Positions 12,680 through 25,971 of a stretch of DNA of 64,000 nt are shown one piece after another; the stretch's first letter is position 1, and each line of letters starts with the position of its first letter. A model generated the notes under the pieces. The model made no database searches, was not told where the DNA came from, and saw only the letters and a program-made list of their open reading frames with translations. Source of the DNA: Eremomyces bilateralis CBS 781.70 (lineage: Eukaryota); NCBI GenBank assembly GCA_010015585.1, contig ML975161.1; one strand, written 5' to 3'. The position numbers and the translations under genes are program-made.

Positions 12680-13700
12680 TGAGGAGTAGCTCAGTAGGTG
12701 ATGCTTCAGCTCTACACAGTATTGCGCAAGTTCCATCGAACCCATCCCCAGGGTACCTCTCTTCGCTCCATCCCGCTTGAGCATCTTTCGATCAAAGTCA
12801 ATCGTCTTGGTCTTTCTGGCAACAGTGTAATGCCTCCTTGTCCCGTATTCCATGGTGCTTTTCATAAGATATTCCCATTGCTGCGAAATTGGCGTCCGCC
12901 TTCCACAGATTACCCTCCCACAGAAGGATTCCCGAATTCCGTTGGCATCCAGCCGAAAGTAGACCTCCATCCAGTTAATACTTCTACATAGTAGTCCGCC
13001 TACCACAGGTCCACCAATGCTAGGTCTCTGATATTCTGCGTGTGCTCCTCATCTTCACGTTCCCAGCTCTTCCAGCCAAACTGCTTTCTTATCATGTATG
13101 ATAGAGTTTTCCACGTCTGGTACCGTCTTTGGATGCTTGTAACGTCACGAAACACGACCTGTTCCCGGGACTGATCTTGAATTCCTTGCTCAGAAAGACG
13201 TCGCCCCAGATATCTATCAATCTCCATTCGCTCAGCCGCTCCCCCAGGTCGATATGACCGAGGTGGAAAGGCTTGCCGTTATACTTCATCACCACTTCTT
13301 CCACACGCCTGTATATGGGACCGGCCAAAATGTACCATCGTCCTCACAAATCTTTGAATTCTTCCAATGCGTCCTGGGTCCACCACGATTCGAGACCATC
13401 AAATTTGGGGTTTCCCGATTGGCCCGGCGGAGGATCACACGTCAATTTCCAGCCTCCCGATTGCAAAGCCAAGGTCCCCACTCCCAGGTGCGGCGCTGGT
13501 AGCAGGATATCCGCTGCTAGATGTGAGAATCCGGGTATTGGGCATCCGAAAGGGTCCGAATCTGATCACTTGGAATAACAGGCCTTCCAGGCAGTAACCA
13601 AGCCACTCTATGCTTCCGTACCATTTAAGCTCTCGCTGACGTCGGCGAAGTCAACATCAGACCCTGGGTTCTCTCCAGAAACTGAGACATCGGTCCTCGG
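12680..13700 (-). pseudogene. Degenerate coding remnant of unknown family
   Basis: Protein-like reading (GLESWWTQDALEEFKDL*GRWYILAGPIYRRVEEVVMKY...) interrupted by several stops and frame changes. Confidence 0.3.
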
Positions 13701-14292
13701 CCGTTACTAGAACTCGAAGCACTGGGATCCGGGGGATGACCTTCGGCAACACTGTCCAAGTGGCGTGAGTGGCTGGCAACTCATCACAATCGAGCCGAAC
13801 ATGAATCTTGCTGAAAAGGTGAGCCCCCAAGCTCAGCAAAAGCTTCTCGCGGCAAAGGCTAGATTACCGCCGAGTGGGCAGCTTAGTAGCGCTATATATA
13901 TGAGTGAGTGCCTTGTACTGGCTCTGGGCTCGCTAGCTGGCTACCTAGGAAGTTTAACATCTTGTAACGAGTGTAAGTTGACATGTTCTAGAATGTCTGC
14001 CTTGATGGCCGACGAGCGGCTCTGTGTAGACTTGCAATCTCGGGGGAGCAAACACAAGCCACGTGGCAAGGGAGGAAGTTCACCAGCAGAATGTTTATGT
14101 CTCTCACACAGAGACCAAAACTACTCCTTCAGATTTCATTTTCACACTGTTCTAGCTAGTAAATATTAGATTGTTACTCATACAGTCCTTCTTAACTGGC
14201 ACTCGTGTCATATCTTTGAGTAGAATATTTGCGTTGGCTAGCGTGCTACAGTTGTCACTATTAGGAAATTACTTTGCTCCGGCTTCGCAGCT

Positions 14293-17200
14293 TTAATTAG
14301 TAACATTAACTAGAACACCCTCTCTAACCGTGCGCTTAGCCAGCGTATGGGATAGATCAGTACAAACAGCTCCGCTGGCAAGACAGTCTTCGCACATATC
14401 GAAATCGCCGTGATCACAGATTCCGCAGTGGTGGTGAGAGTCGAAATCTGGTATGGGTGCCAAACAGATCGAGCAGAAAATACGACATTTGGGGTCCACT
14501 GTAGGGCGCCTTACCGCAGGTAGTTCTTGTTTGGTAACGGGATTGCCCTGCCCCTTAAGCCTCTGAAGAAGAAGCTCTACAATAGGGAGATATCCTCTCT
14601 TGACAGCGTCCGACAGCGGCGTGCGACCGAACATATCCTGGGATCCAGGCTCGATGCTCTTCTTCGTAAGCAGCAGCGCGACAGCCCCCTCGTACCCATT
14701 CACCGCAGCTGCTGATAACGGGGCCCGACCGAACAGGTCCTTAGAATTAGGATCGACATCCTTCCTTGCGAGCAGGATCTCCATGGCCAGTGTATGTCCC
14801 ATCCTTGAAGCCCAAGTGAGCGGTGTCCGACTGTAATTGTCCCTCGAGTCCGCTTCGACGTCGTCCCGTTCGACCAGCAGCCGAACCACCGCCCCGTGCC
14901 CTCTTGCTGCCGCCATCGACAGCGGCGTCTGACCGTCTTTATCCGTCGAGTCCGCTTCGACGTCGTCCCGTTCGACCAGCAGCCGAACCACCGCCTCGTG
15001 CCCATTCTCTGCCGCCATCGACAGCGGCGTCTGACCGTATTTATTCGTCGAGTCCGCTTCGACGTCGTCCCGTTCGACCAGCAGCCGAACCACCGCCTCT
15101 TGCCCGCTTGCTGCCGCTATCGACAGTGGCATCCGACCGTATTTATCCCTCGAGTCCGCTTCGACGTCGTCCCATTCGACCAGCAGCCAAACCACCGCCT
15201 CGTGCCCTCTTGCCGCCGCCCACCATAGCGGCGTGCGACCGTCTTCATCCCTCGAGTCCGCTTCGACGTCGTCCCGTTCGACCAGCAGCCGAACCACCGC
15301 CTCGTGCCCNNNNNNNNNNNNNNNNNNNNNNNNNNNNNNNNNNNNNNNNNNNNNNNNNNNNNNNNNNNNNNNNNNNNNNNNNNNNNNNNNNNNNNNNNNN
15401 NNNNNNNNNNNNNNNNNNNNNNNNNNNNNNNNNNNNNNNNNNNNNNNNNNNNNNNNNNNNNNNNNNNNNNNNNNNNNNNNNNNNNNNNNNNNNNNNNNNN
15501 NNNNNNNNNNNNNNNNNNNNNNNNNNNNNNNNNNNNNNNNNNNNNNNNNNNNNNNNNNNNNNNNNNNNNNNNNNNNNNNNNNNNNNNNNNNNNNNNNNNN
15601 NNNNNNNNNNNNNNNNNNNNNNNNNNNNNNNNNNNNNNNNNNNNNNNNNNNNNNNNNNNNNNNNNNNNNNNNNNNNNNNNNNNNNNNNNNNNNNNNNNNN
15701 NNNNNNNNNNNNNNNNNNNNNNNNNNNNNNNNNNNNNNNNNNNNNNNNNNNNNNNNNNNNNNNNNNNNNNNNNNNNNNNNNNNNNNNNNNNNNNNNNNNN
15801 NNNNNNNNNNNNNNNNNNNNNNNNNNNNNNNNNNNNNNNNNNNNNNNNNNNNNNNNNNNNNNNNNNNNNNNNNNNNNNNNNNNNNNNNNNNNNNNNNNNN
15901 NNNNNNNNNNNNNNNNNNNNNNNNNNNNNNNNNNNNNNNNNNNNNNNNNNNNNNNNNNNNNNNNNNNNNNNNNNNNNNNNNNNNNNNNNNNNNNNNNNNN
16001 NNNNNNNNNNNNNNNNNNNNNNNNNNNNNNNNNNNNNNNNNNNNNNNNNNNNNNNNNNNNNNNNNNNNNNNNNNNNNNNNNNNNNNNNNNNNNNNNNNNN
16101 NNNNNNNNNNNNNNNNNNNNNNNNNNNNNNNNNNNNNNNNNNNNNNNNNNNNNNNNNNNNNNNNNNNNNNGTCTGACCGTATTTATTCGTCGAGTCCGCT
16201 TCGACGTCGTCCCGTTCGACCAGCAGCCGAACCACCGCCTCGTGCCCTCTTGCTGCCGCCCACGACAGCGACGTCCGACCGAAACTATCCTTCGAGTCCG
16301 CTTCGATGCCGATGTCGCCGCATTTGCCCACTAAGAGTTTCTCTGTCAAATAAAGCAGTCCATACCTCGCTGCAAGGTGCATGCCCGTTGTTTGATTTGG
16401 GAATCTCGTACTATAGCCTTCGTATTTATAGTTTGACATAGACACAGCTTGGATGGCGGCGTCAACTAAGGCTTCGTCGCAGAGAAAGGCTAGCGCTAAG
16501 CTAGAAGTTGTCTTCTCCACAGGCCGTATATGCTCGCTCCAATAACGTGCTGAGTAGTCATAGAATGCATTCTCGGTAAGCTTCTCCGCGAAAGCTCTAT
16601 CATTAGCACAGCTGCCGCTCCGAAACGCGTCGAAAGATAAATACGTTAAACAGGCTACCGTTATCGCTTCCTGAGCGCTAGGGTTCCATTCCAGGCGTAT
16701 GCGCTCAAAGTACTCCTGTGTCGTGTAGTGCACGAGCCGGATGACGTTGCTCTCCTCGTCTACCGTAACAAGCCCAGCGCAGACGGAGATAACGTCTTCC
16801 ACGTCATCAACACTATCATTGTTCAGAGTTTTATCGTCTGGCTCGATAGCTAGCGCATGGCATAGCTCTCGAGTAGTAAGTGGTCTCTGGGCATATGTTA
16901 TCCAAGATAGTGCACACCTTGCCAGCGAACGGTCATTGTCCAGTTGCCCGTCTATTCGCTTGATGGCCTCGCCATAGGCTTTTTCGAGCGCCGCTGAACC
17001 CTTAGTCAGTTTCTCTAGCGTAGACATAACACTCTGTTTATTCCTTTTATCAAGGAGTGAGTCGACATGAAGACGCGCGAGAAGGAACCTGGCCATTCAG
17101 TAAGTAAAACTGCTTCGCAATTGTAAACCACTAGAGAGCACCCACATGCCATCAACGGCTCCCGCAATCTTGTCCTGTACAAGATTCTGGAGCTCCTCGT

Positions 17201-18484
17201 TGCGTTGAATACATTTCGGTAGACGTGGTATATGACCATCTATAAAATGCCTGACGTCCGAATCGCTGGCTCGCACCTCTAGACTTGGGCTCGATCGAAA
17301 TCTTTCCGTTACTTCGGGAATGAATCGGGAGGTGAGCATAAGCCGCAAGTCTCCTTTCGTTTGCAGCTCGCAGAGCTTGTCGATAAGTCGTCCCCGCCCA
17401 CCATCTGTGTCCGCGCATTCGTCCAACGCATCTACAAGAATATATACCGTAGTTTGGTTGGAGCAGACAGACTGCAGAGCCTCGAATATGTCGCTGAGGG
17501 ATGGCCGGCTTTTCTTCTTTGTGTGATAATCGTACATGCGCGTCACCGGGGTTGCCATGTCCGGTTGGCTCTGCACTAACTGTTTCAGGAGAGCAGTAAG
17601 CAGATTAAATACGCTCTGGTCGGCTTTCGCCTTATAGCTGCAAAACAGGTAAGCAATTTCAACGTTATCACTCTGCACCGTCCTACAGAGATGGTCGATA
17701 GCAATAGCTGTCATCATAGTCTTGCCGGCTCCAGGGATGCCAGGACAAAATAGCGTCCGATTGGCTCCCTGCGACCACTCTTGAAACTCTGGAGAGTCTA
17801 TAAACCATTGCCCCGTATCTTCTTGTCTTCGGGAGATAATATCGTGTTGCTGGGCCGGGAAGTCTGTCGGCGATAGCCAATCCAGCATCGTCTGGCGCTG
17901 CTGGAGCTTCTGGGCGTCCCATTGCAGGCTTTGAGTGTCCCGGATGGTGACGATATCTGCTTGAAGGAAGGGGATAGCATTTCGCATAACTTTAGTGTCC
18001 TCCTTAATCGCTTCGGATAGTTTGCTTTGATACCATAAGCAAGCATGCTTCGACCCGTTGCCTCGACGACTTACAAATGGTCCATCTCAAGCGAAATACT
18101 CACAAGACTCTTCAACCGCTCCAGTCGTGATAGAATACTCGCAACTTCTGCCTTGATAAACTTCCACAGGACCTGCCTCTTAACCATTTTTGTCGTATTT
18201 TGGATTTCCACTCTCGAACATAGCTGCTCTAAGGTCTGCTTGTACTGGTCGAGAGGTCCATTCGCAACGGTGAGAGCCCGAACTGCTGTGAACCAGGGAT
18301 CATTGGTATGACCCTGTTCAAGGAGATAACGAAGACTCATTAGGAGAGATTGAAGGTTCGATGCCTCGATCGTGCATTGTTGGCATTCTTTCGGCGCGTC
18401 CCTGACATCGTTCAGGTACTGGATGACTTTGCCTGTGAGCTGCAAAATGGCGATAACGCCGGCGGTGACGCTGAGCGGATCCAT
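14293..18484 (-). CDS. Fungal NLR-like STAND protein: HeLo-like N-terminus, NACHT NTPase, winged helix, ankyrin repeats, C-terminal ZZ zinc finger (spans the assembly gap)
   Basis: N-terminus MDPLSVTAGVIAILQLT. Introns 18074-18025 and 17145-17089. Walker A GIPGAGKT and Walker B ILVDALDE, then GMFLLARLH and RLVHYTTQEYF. 34-aa ankyrin repeats followed by CSIC..CGIC..DFDMCEDC..C..H. Confidence 0.92.
14830..16305 (-). repeat. Intragenic tandem array of near-identical 102-bp ankyrin repeats, partly unresolved (N run 15310-16170)
   Basis: The unit GHEAVVRLLVERDDVEADS recurs with a near-identical nucleotide core (gagtccgcttcgacgtcgtcccgttcgaccagcagccgaaccaccgcc) on both sides of the gap. Confidence 0.92.
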
Positions 18485-20233
18485 TTTGCGATAGGACTAA
18501 GTGGGGAGAGTGAGGAGAGTTGCTCTTTGATGAACGACATCGTTTGAGCATCTTGTAGCTGTACCGCTGTAATTAGCCTTCCGGTGAACCAGGGGAGCTC
18601 CAGATGCGGCGTACTCTGCCTTGCTGTGCCAATGTCTGCGCCATCTTAATGCGCCTCCTGTTTGCTGGCACGTGTCAGGAACTTTGGTATACTCGTCACG
18701 TCACTGTATTGCTACTTTGTTCGCTCCTGTACTCTATCTTCACCGTGTGAGTATAATGACTGCTTATGAGTACTCAAGGAAAAGGGAAATTTAGTGAGCT
18801 ACCTGAGTCACCACCCGTCCCCGGCGTTGAAATAGACTTATGTACGGGACGGGCGGCGGTCCCCCTAGTATGTGATGTACGCTGAGAGAGCCTAAGTTAG
18901 CTTGTTGAGACTAGTAGCACGAGTCACTCCCACGGCCGGCCACGATCATCCAGGATGGCATCCGTTGAAGGTCTCCACTTATTAACGCATTCATCACTTC
19001 TAGACTTCTAGTAGAGTAGTGCCCAATGCTTGCCAATTGAAACTTCATAGATTCCTTTGGACAATCGATATCATAGAATAGAAGAGTGAGATATGAATAC
19101 AGCTATGAAAGGTGTTGAGGTAGTGAGAAGCATGAGCAATGCCTAATCTATTCAAATTCCAAGTGACGTTTGGTCTTACCTACACCTTATATAACGAGTA
19201 ATTAACCACAACTCTACTTGACTTTAGTTCTTGTAGAAGTGTCCTTTTGGTTTGGTGGTTAAAGTCGTCTTATAAGTTAGCAGTGGCTATAAATCAAGCG
19301 AATGGTACATATCGGGTAAGCATATCCGTCAATCAATCCTCAGTCTCTCTTCGAATGCCTTAGGGTCATTGAGCCCGCCATTAGCATTGACGACACTGCA
19401 AGACGACACCTCTTGGCCACCCCATGGATATCAGGTGGTCATCTCGTTCTCATGGCTCAGCTCCGACAAAACCAGTGATAATGGCGCTGTAAACCAGCAT
19501 AGCGTGCATGAAATGCTCCGCCGCGACGGAGGCAGAAGCGTTACGAATAACAGATTATAACCAGAATTGAGAGCAAGAAACGACTTGAACTTGAGTAGTG
19601 CCGATTTTCTTCTTTCCCCTAACCAGCCGCGTGATCTTACCTTCATCTGGTTTTCTTCGAACGCGGATGGTGCCCAACGTCCCTGAAAGATATGACTGTA
19701 TATTATAGGAAGACTAATAAGGCAGGGAGAATGCGAGTTTATACAAACTGATAAGAAATACTCTATCTAGACAACACATGAAACGACGCGGAATGGAGAT
19801 ATATCACATGGAGCGGGGGAGAGAAATGCCGCGATTAGGAATCGGTCGTCATCGTAGAAAACTATGGAAACTGGCCCAGAGCATAGTTCACCATACTGGA
19901 CGCCGGTAATGTAGGGAACCGAGTTTTCAACATGGCGAAGGCGTGATGCTTCACCGGCCCTAGAGCTGGAACTCTTCAGTGATCCTGGGCCAATCAATAA
20001 GACGCCCAAAACCTACCAAGAGACATCACTCGCGCAGGACATCCTCGACGAACTCCCTACACCTCCACCATATCAACGCCAAATACCTATGTTTCTGGTT
20101 AGAGCCATGGCTTCATTCTTAATATCTTTGCTAATCAGCCATCAGCTATAGCCACTACTCAACATTGCTCTGTAACGCTACCGTGTAGGCATGCGTAAAA
20201 GTCTCCTGTTTGACAAACTTCATTTACATTCCA

Positions 20234-21043
20234 CTAAGTAGAGAATGACTGGTATCTATTCCAAGTCATTTCGCCCTCCTCCATGGTCCTAATGATAACC
20301 CAAGCCATCGGCACGACTGGCCTAGAAGGGCCTCCATTCGAAGGCCGAGCGCTAGGCGGTATGATTCTCTCTAGAAACGCAGGAACTTCATCCACGTATC
20401 TCTGGAGACTGGCATCGAAGAACAATATCAGCGATCCTCGAAGGATGTTCGCGCCAAATACCTCTCGGTATCTCGCCTCTGTCGCCCGCAATGTAGGCAT
20501 TATTGCGGGTTCCGGAGATGGGGATTCGGAACTGGAGGGTTCCGAGGACTCGGAATCGTCGGGGGCGGGGGAAGCAACAGGCGCGGATGTTGTAATCGCT
20601 GCAGGTGCTGCATTGGGGCCGGAAGATGGAGCAGGAGGGGCAGACGTTTCGGTTGGCTCTTGGCCGGCCGCTAGGCCCGAGGTGTTAGCATACAACGTGA
20701 GACAGGACTGAATGGGGAGGTTGTATCATAGTCGTCGTAAGCGAAACATACCCATAACCTGGATCCGTCGCAACGTAAACAAGGTGAGCTGACGGAGCAG
20801 GTCCTCTCCTATATGTCCCAAGTCTATAAAGTTAGTACGGCGCCTGGAAACATGAAGGTAAAGGAGGTACTTACCCATACCGGTTTCATCAGATAAGGCC
20901 CCTCTCAGACTTCTATCGGGGATGCCATCGAGTACCCGTCCTAGAACCTCCTCCAGAACGGGAGGGTAATTGGAGAATGGAGATTCTCCTTGAGCTCCAT
21001 GAACGGTATCTCCTTGAACACCATCGTTATCCTGTGAGGTCAC
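20234..21043 (-). CDS. Hypothetical spliced orphan protein with Pro/Ser-rich linker (start uncertain)
   Basis: Two canonical introns (GTAAGT..CTAAC..TAG and GTATGT..CTAAC..TAG) join ORFs 20726-21043 and 20234-20695 in frame. No clear ATG. Confidence 0.45.
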
Positions 21044-22619
21044 TGGTCCAATGTCAGTCAGTCATACTCGATATCTCACTTTGTATGGGATACCTTACTG
21101 ATGACTGCTAGATTGAGAGGTTGATAGAACACAGTTTGGAGCGAATATGTAGATGCGTAAAGAGAACCGAAGAGAGCGTTAAAAGATGAGAACACTCTTT
21201 ATGCAGGCCAACGGCTCAGTACATGTTGTTATCACTTATTTTTGCCGTTAATCAGTTGAAATTGAAGCCACACGGCTGAATAGAACTCTGATCCTTTCGA
21301 CATCGCTTCATGGGCGACATCTGTCATCACACCAAAAATACAGATACTTGCCAACAGTCCAACGGGTGCTTGCAACCAATTTCTGTGCATCCACACACTA
21401 AGACAGCGAATGTCTGTTCCACAATGCAATATTATATTGAAACAGTCCGATCCCAGAGCCATCAGGGGCAAATTACCACCAGTCCCTGGACAAAGCCCCA
21501 AAGTGTTATTTTCAGTGCGCTATCAATGTAAAATGCACCGATGATGATTGAGTCCTGGCTAGGTGTTACATTCGACATGGTTTCGGTCATAATACTTAGA
21601 ATGATCTGCTGATGTTGGGCACACATATTTGGAAGCGTAGAAAGGAGAGAGGTCAGAGTTTAGGACAGGGTCAAATATGGTGTCCTCCAAAAGACTTTTA
21701 GAGGATGCAATGGGATCGGCATCAGCTTTGTCATCTACAAGACATCCCTGAGCATCGGCTTACAGTATATTGTTGAACAGTTGATCACCTGGCTAGTCCA
21801 CGGCCAGTGCTCTATTTATCCTCCGACTGAATCTGATGCACTTCATGCCAGTCACCCTCAAGGCATCTGGCTTACCACTAAGAGTCAAATATCCGTGTCA
21901 GAATCTGCTACCACCTTCAGTTCTGACCAAGGAGGGGGGGATTGAGAGCGATATCATTCTCCCCAAGTAATGCGAGCCGATTCTCTCTCACCTCGACAAG
22001 TGCTTCTGTCTGGTCCAGTTGCAGAAATAATCGGATCACTGCTCTGATTTGGTGTCTGTCAGTGGCTGTTGTCACTTGGCCAAGTGTCACGCGTATTACA
22101 ATCAATATGAGGAAGCATACTTGTGAGGAGACGGTTGACTTATCTCCTAGGTGTCTCTTAGGAGCGAGTCACTTTTATAAATAAGTTCTGATCAACTCAT
22201 ACATGTAAACAAAGGGGGAAAAGCAAGGGAGCCATAGCAGCAGTGACGGAGCCAAAGCACACTGAGAACGGAGCCACAGCGCACAGAGAACGGAACCACA
22301 GCGCAGAGAGGACTGAGACACCACGAATCCACGACAAGCCACAACCTATTGCTGGCTCTTCGGCAGTTTCTTTTTTAGCCTCTCCTCTATCACAGCTGTT
22401 AGGCTCAACACCCCTTTCCCCTTCTCTTTCATTGACTCTTACCCCATGCCTTGCGGCCCGACTTTCGCTCTGCACTTCATCGGGCCGTGCACTGTACTTC
22501 CAGCATGCCCTTCATTGTGTCCCACATCGCGTCTTGCACAATGCCCTTCATCGTGTCTCACTTCGTGTCGTGGGGCATGCCCTTCACCGTGTCCTGTAGC
22601 ATGCCTTCAATTATGTTGC

Positions 22620-23100
22620 TCATGACATTTTCATGGATGAAACATCGATTCTTGCTTCATCATCGCCATAATTTCTGCCGAGAAGAGACCGTTGTTTGTA
22701 CTCGGGTGCCTCCCAGTGTCTATGTGGGCTCCTAGATCGACCTCTCACCTCATGAGTTTCGTTTTCGGAATGTTCTGAAAAGAAGGGTTTCTTATACATA
22801 GGATTATCCCAAATCGCCTGCTTGATATCGGGGGTAGATTCCTCATACTCCTGGGTGAGCCGGTTTCTGAGGATTGCGAAAGCCCCCTCGGCCCGATTTT
22901 TCAATTTTTCAATTCTCCGGTTCGCGCGGATAGCTTCTATTTTGTTAGTTCTCTCTCTTTGGACAAAATGAAGTGAGACAGCGCTTACTTTACCGCCCGT
23001 TAGGAACATGCCAGTGAGGCCATATCAGTTCGAGATCATCGCAAGGGAATTTTGCCTCGATTTCGTACTTTATATCCTTTGGGGATAGACTTGGGGCCAT
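22620..23100 (-). pseudogene. Small spliced orphan gene with an in-frame TAA
   Basis: MAPSLSPK...PNGR*, then a GTAAGC..CTAAC..TAG intron that rejoins K-AIRANRRIEKLK in frame. The TAA fits a CAA>TAA change. Confidence 0.4.
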
Positions 23101-24042
23101 CAGTTCCGTCGACCACTTGTGGTGGGTGGGCAGTTGTGTATAAATACGGGTGTTTTGGAGGGGGGGAAGAGACAGATGATACATCTAACGTGGACGATGA
23201 GGGTTATTGAGCTGGTCGTGTACCTGCTGTATAAGGCAACCTTTGGTTGAGTAGCTACAGTAGTTGAGGGTCCGAACAATAGGGGGTGGCTGAATACGAT
23301 TCAAGAGTGGCTAATCACCATGCCTGACCGCAAAAATAGGAGACTGGAGAGCCATCAGATCAAGCGATGCTAATATACAATTCTACATGCAAGACAGTGG
23401 CAGAACAGACATTTGCAGGAGATGAAATCAGTAATGCGATATCCTTGACGTGCTTCACTATTTTACCCACAAAGAGAGTCATGTAAGAGATCTCGTCAGT
23501 GCCAACGAATAACCACTCGACCAAAAATACACAGGGCCTATTGCAGCGTACTAACAACATGGACTCTGCAACTACTCCTTTTTAATTTTTTTTCTCTTGT
23601 TCCTTTATATTATATCGACCTGTCGAATTTAAGGGGGCATATGGCAGAGCTCGTCAAGGGTTTGTTGTCTTTAAGTTCAACTGACTACGAATCATCGGTT
23701 GATGCGGTGGATCCCTGGGGGTGGGGGATTGGTGGCACGTAATTTCAACATGTCATCGAAATGAGACGCAGAGTAGTTGGTATGGAACGTCTAGGTAGTA
23801 TTTTTTAGTAATGGTCATCTAAAACTCATAATATTCATCAACTCAGGAGGTAATAGCTGCGTCGCGGAGGTCCCGCAAACCTAAGTTCCGCGAACCTGGA
23901 GCTTGACCTCCGTATCACCGTATCACCAAAGATTGGCATAATGGGTGTCTATTCTTGTTGACCCGCACTGTTGAAGGTCCATCTATAGCTCAAGAGCAAA
24001 CACATGTCTTGGCTAATCGGTCTTTCCTAGTCGACCACTTGA

Positions 24043-25971
24043 TCAAGCCACCCGGTGCTCCTCCTCAACCCGCTTTCGCCGCAGGACTTTTTGATGGCGG
24101 ATCATCAGCAGCGAAATGACGATTCCCATGGCACTCCCCACTAGCGTGATCCAATACGCGCCAGCATAGCATTTCAAACCCTCCGAGCACGTCCGATCCC
24201 CGTTCGGCAACACCGTCGAGTGATGATCGTAGATCCGGCCGTAGCATAAATTGAACAGATACGCCCCGGCCATACTGCTCAGGATCATATACCCCCAATT
24301 GAGGCTGAGCCCATTGACGCCAAATGCATCGGTAACCAGCGCAGGGAACACGCCAAACAGGGCGCCGTACGCCAGGCCGCTGAAGCCGGAGACGACCCAG
24401 AGGAAGTTGGGGTTCTCGATCTTGATGGCGGCGAATTGGGAGAGGGTGAAGACGCAGGAGCTGGCGACGAGGCACCAGAAGCGGGACATGTGGAGGTGCT
24501 TGACGAGGTAGTCGGAGCCGATGCCGGAGAGGAGGCGGCCGGCGAACGACATGGCGGAGATGATGGAGACGTGCATGAGTTGGCGGCGCATGATGAACTC
24601 TTTGGTGACGGAGTCGTCCCAAGATGTCCAGAGTGCTTGAGCCTAGGTATTGTTAGTAGGAGAGGTCGCCAGGTCTAATGAAGGAGCTTACGTCATTGCC
24701 AATGTTGCTGCGAAGGGTTAGCGGAGTCTACGTTCGAACAATGGTTACTACTCACTTAATCGTCATCAATCCAACCCCGGTCAAAAGACCGAGCATGACC
24801 CAGAGCTGCCAGAACTCAAACTTATAAAGCAAGGCCAACCCGGTGACATCTACATGACAGGAGTGATTGCTGTTAGTACTTCCCATATCTTGCTCTACAT
24901 CGATATCGCCCGGAACCGACGACGAAGTTTTGGACATGAGGGAGGAAACTTCGTCCACCTCTTCGACGGCGTGGGAGGATTGCGGCTGTTGGACTGCGCA
25001 CGTCTTGGCAGCTGCACTTTGATAGGTACCATATGATTGCCTGTCGAAATCTAGCTCACCTTCGCCTGGAATGTCATCCCGGCTGCTTTTGCTGCGGATG
25101 GATCGTGTTCGGAGCATGGGATTCGAGTCGCGGCGGCGTCGGGATAGTCCGTCATCGTCGGTGGGGAGGGAGGCGTACGTTGCCGTTGGGGCGGGGAGAT
25201 AGATAAAGAATTGAGAAATGAAGACGAGCGCGAACGTCCCGATGGAGAGGAGCAGCAGAAAGGACGACGTGTTGTCGGGGAACGCGATCGAGGATAAGGT
25301 CGAAAAGAAAAGAGCGCTTAATCCGAAAGCCGCCAGCGGCATGGCCGTCGCTGTGCCTCGATGAGATGGCCAATTGATGGCCGCTAGAGATGTCAGCGTC
25401 GGCGAGGAATAGGCTCTCAAACTCCTTACCCGTTTTAATAGCCGCTGAAAATGCTGCACAGCTACCCAAGCCCGTCAAGAAAGAAAACAGACATAACAAG
25501 AAGACGCTCATAGACCCGGCGCCATGATCGTATGCTTGGCCGTGTCAGCACCGTTTCCCAAGGACGTCAAGGGTCCGTACCATATCGTATAGGAAAATAC
25601 CCAATCCCAAGGCAGAAAGAACCGAATATCATCGACGGTCGTGGCCCTTTCGTGTCGATAAACATGCCTACTGGTATACCGGTGGCATACATGCCCATGT
25701 TTCCGCATGTTCCCTGCCAGCTATTAGCACCGTGTGGCCCTCGGTTTCCCATCAGAATATCTCTTACAATTAGGTTGCTGTAGGTGGCTGATAGCTTCAT
25801 ACGGTCGGCAAATTGCGGTCCCCATGCTGAATATGCATACTGCGAAGTGTAAGTACCCGACCAGGTAGCTTCCGTCGAGGTAGTTCTTACATTGGACCCG
25901 CAAGCAAGGCTCATAAATGTCACCGCAACCACCGCCATCACCCGCAACTTATGATGAGCAACGTCTGCCAT
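24043..25971 (-). CDS. MFS transporter, MCH1/nodulin-like (multi-exon)
   Basis: Motifs LACGSN/YAYSAWGPQF, NWPSHRGTATAMPLAAFGLSA, FWQLWVMLGLLTGVGLMTINN, GRLLSGIGSD and NWG. Confidence 0.88.

Noticed and set aside
14823..16441. Long ORFs on several frames crossing the N run
   Set aside because: Artefacts of translating Ns and of stop-poor antisense frames of the ankyrin repeats.
18808..18870. GC-rich hairpin followed by CTAGT resembling a Helitron 3' end
   Set aside because: The hairpin-CTAG spacing is atypical, and no 5' TC end or Rep/Hel coding sequence was found.
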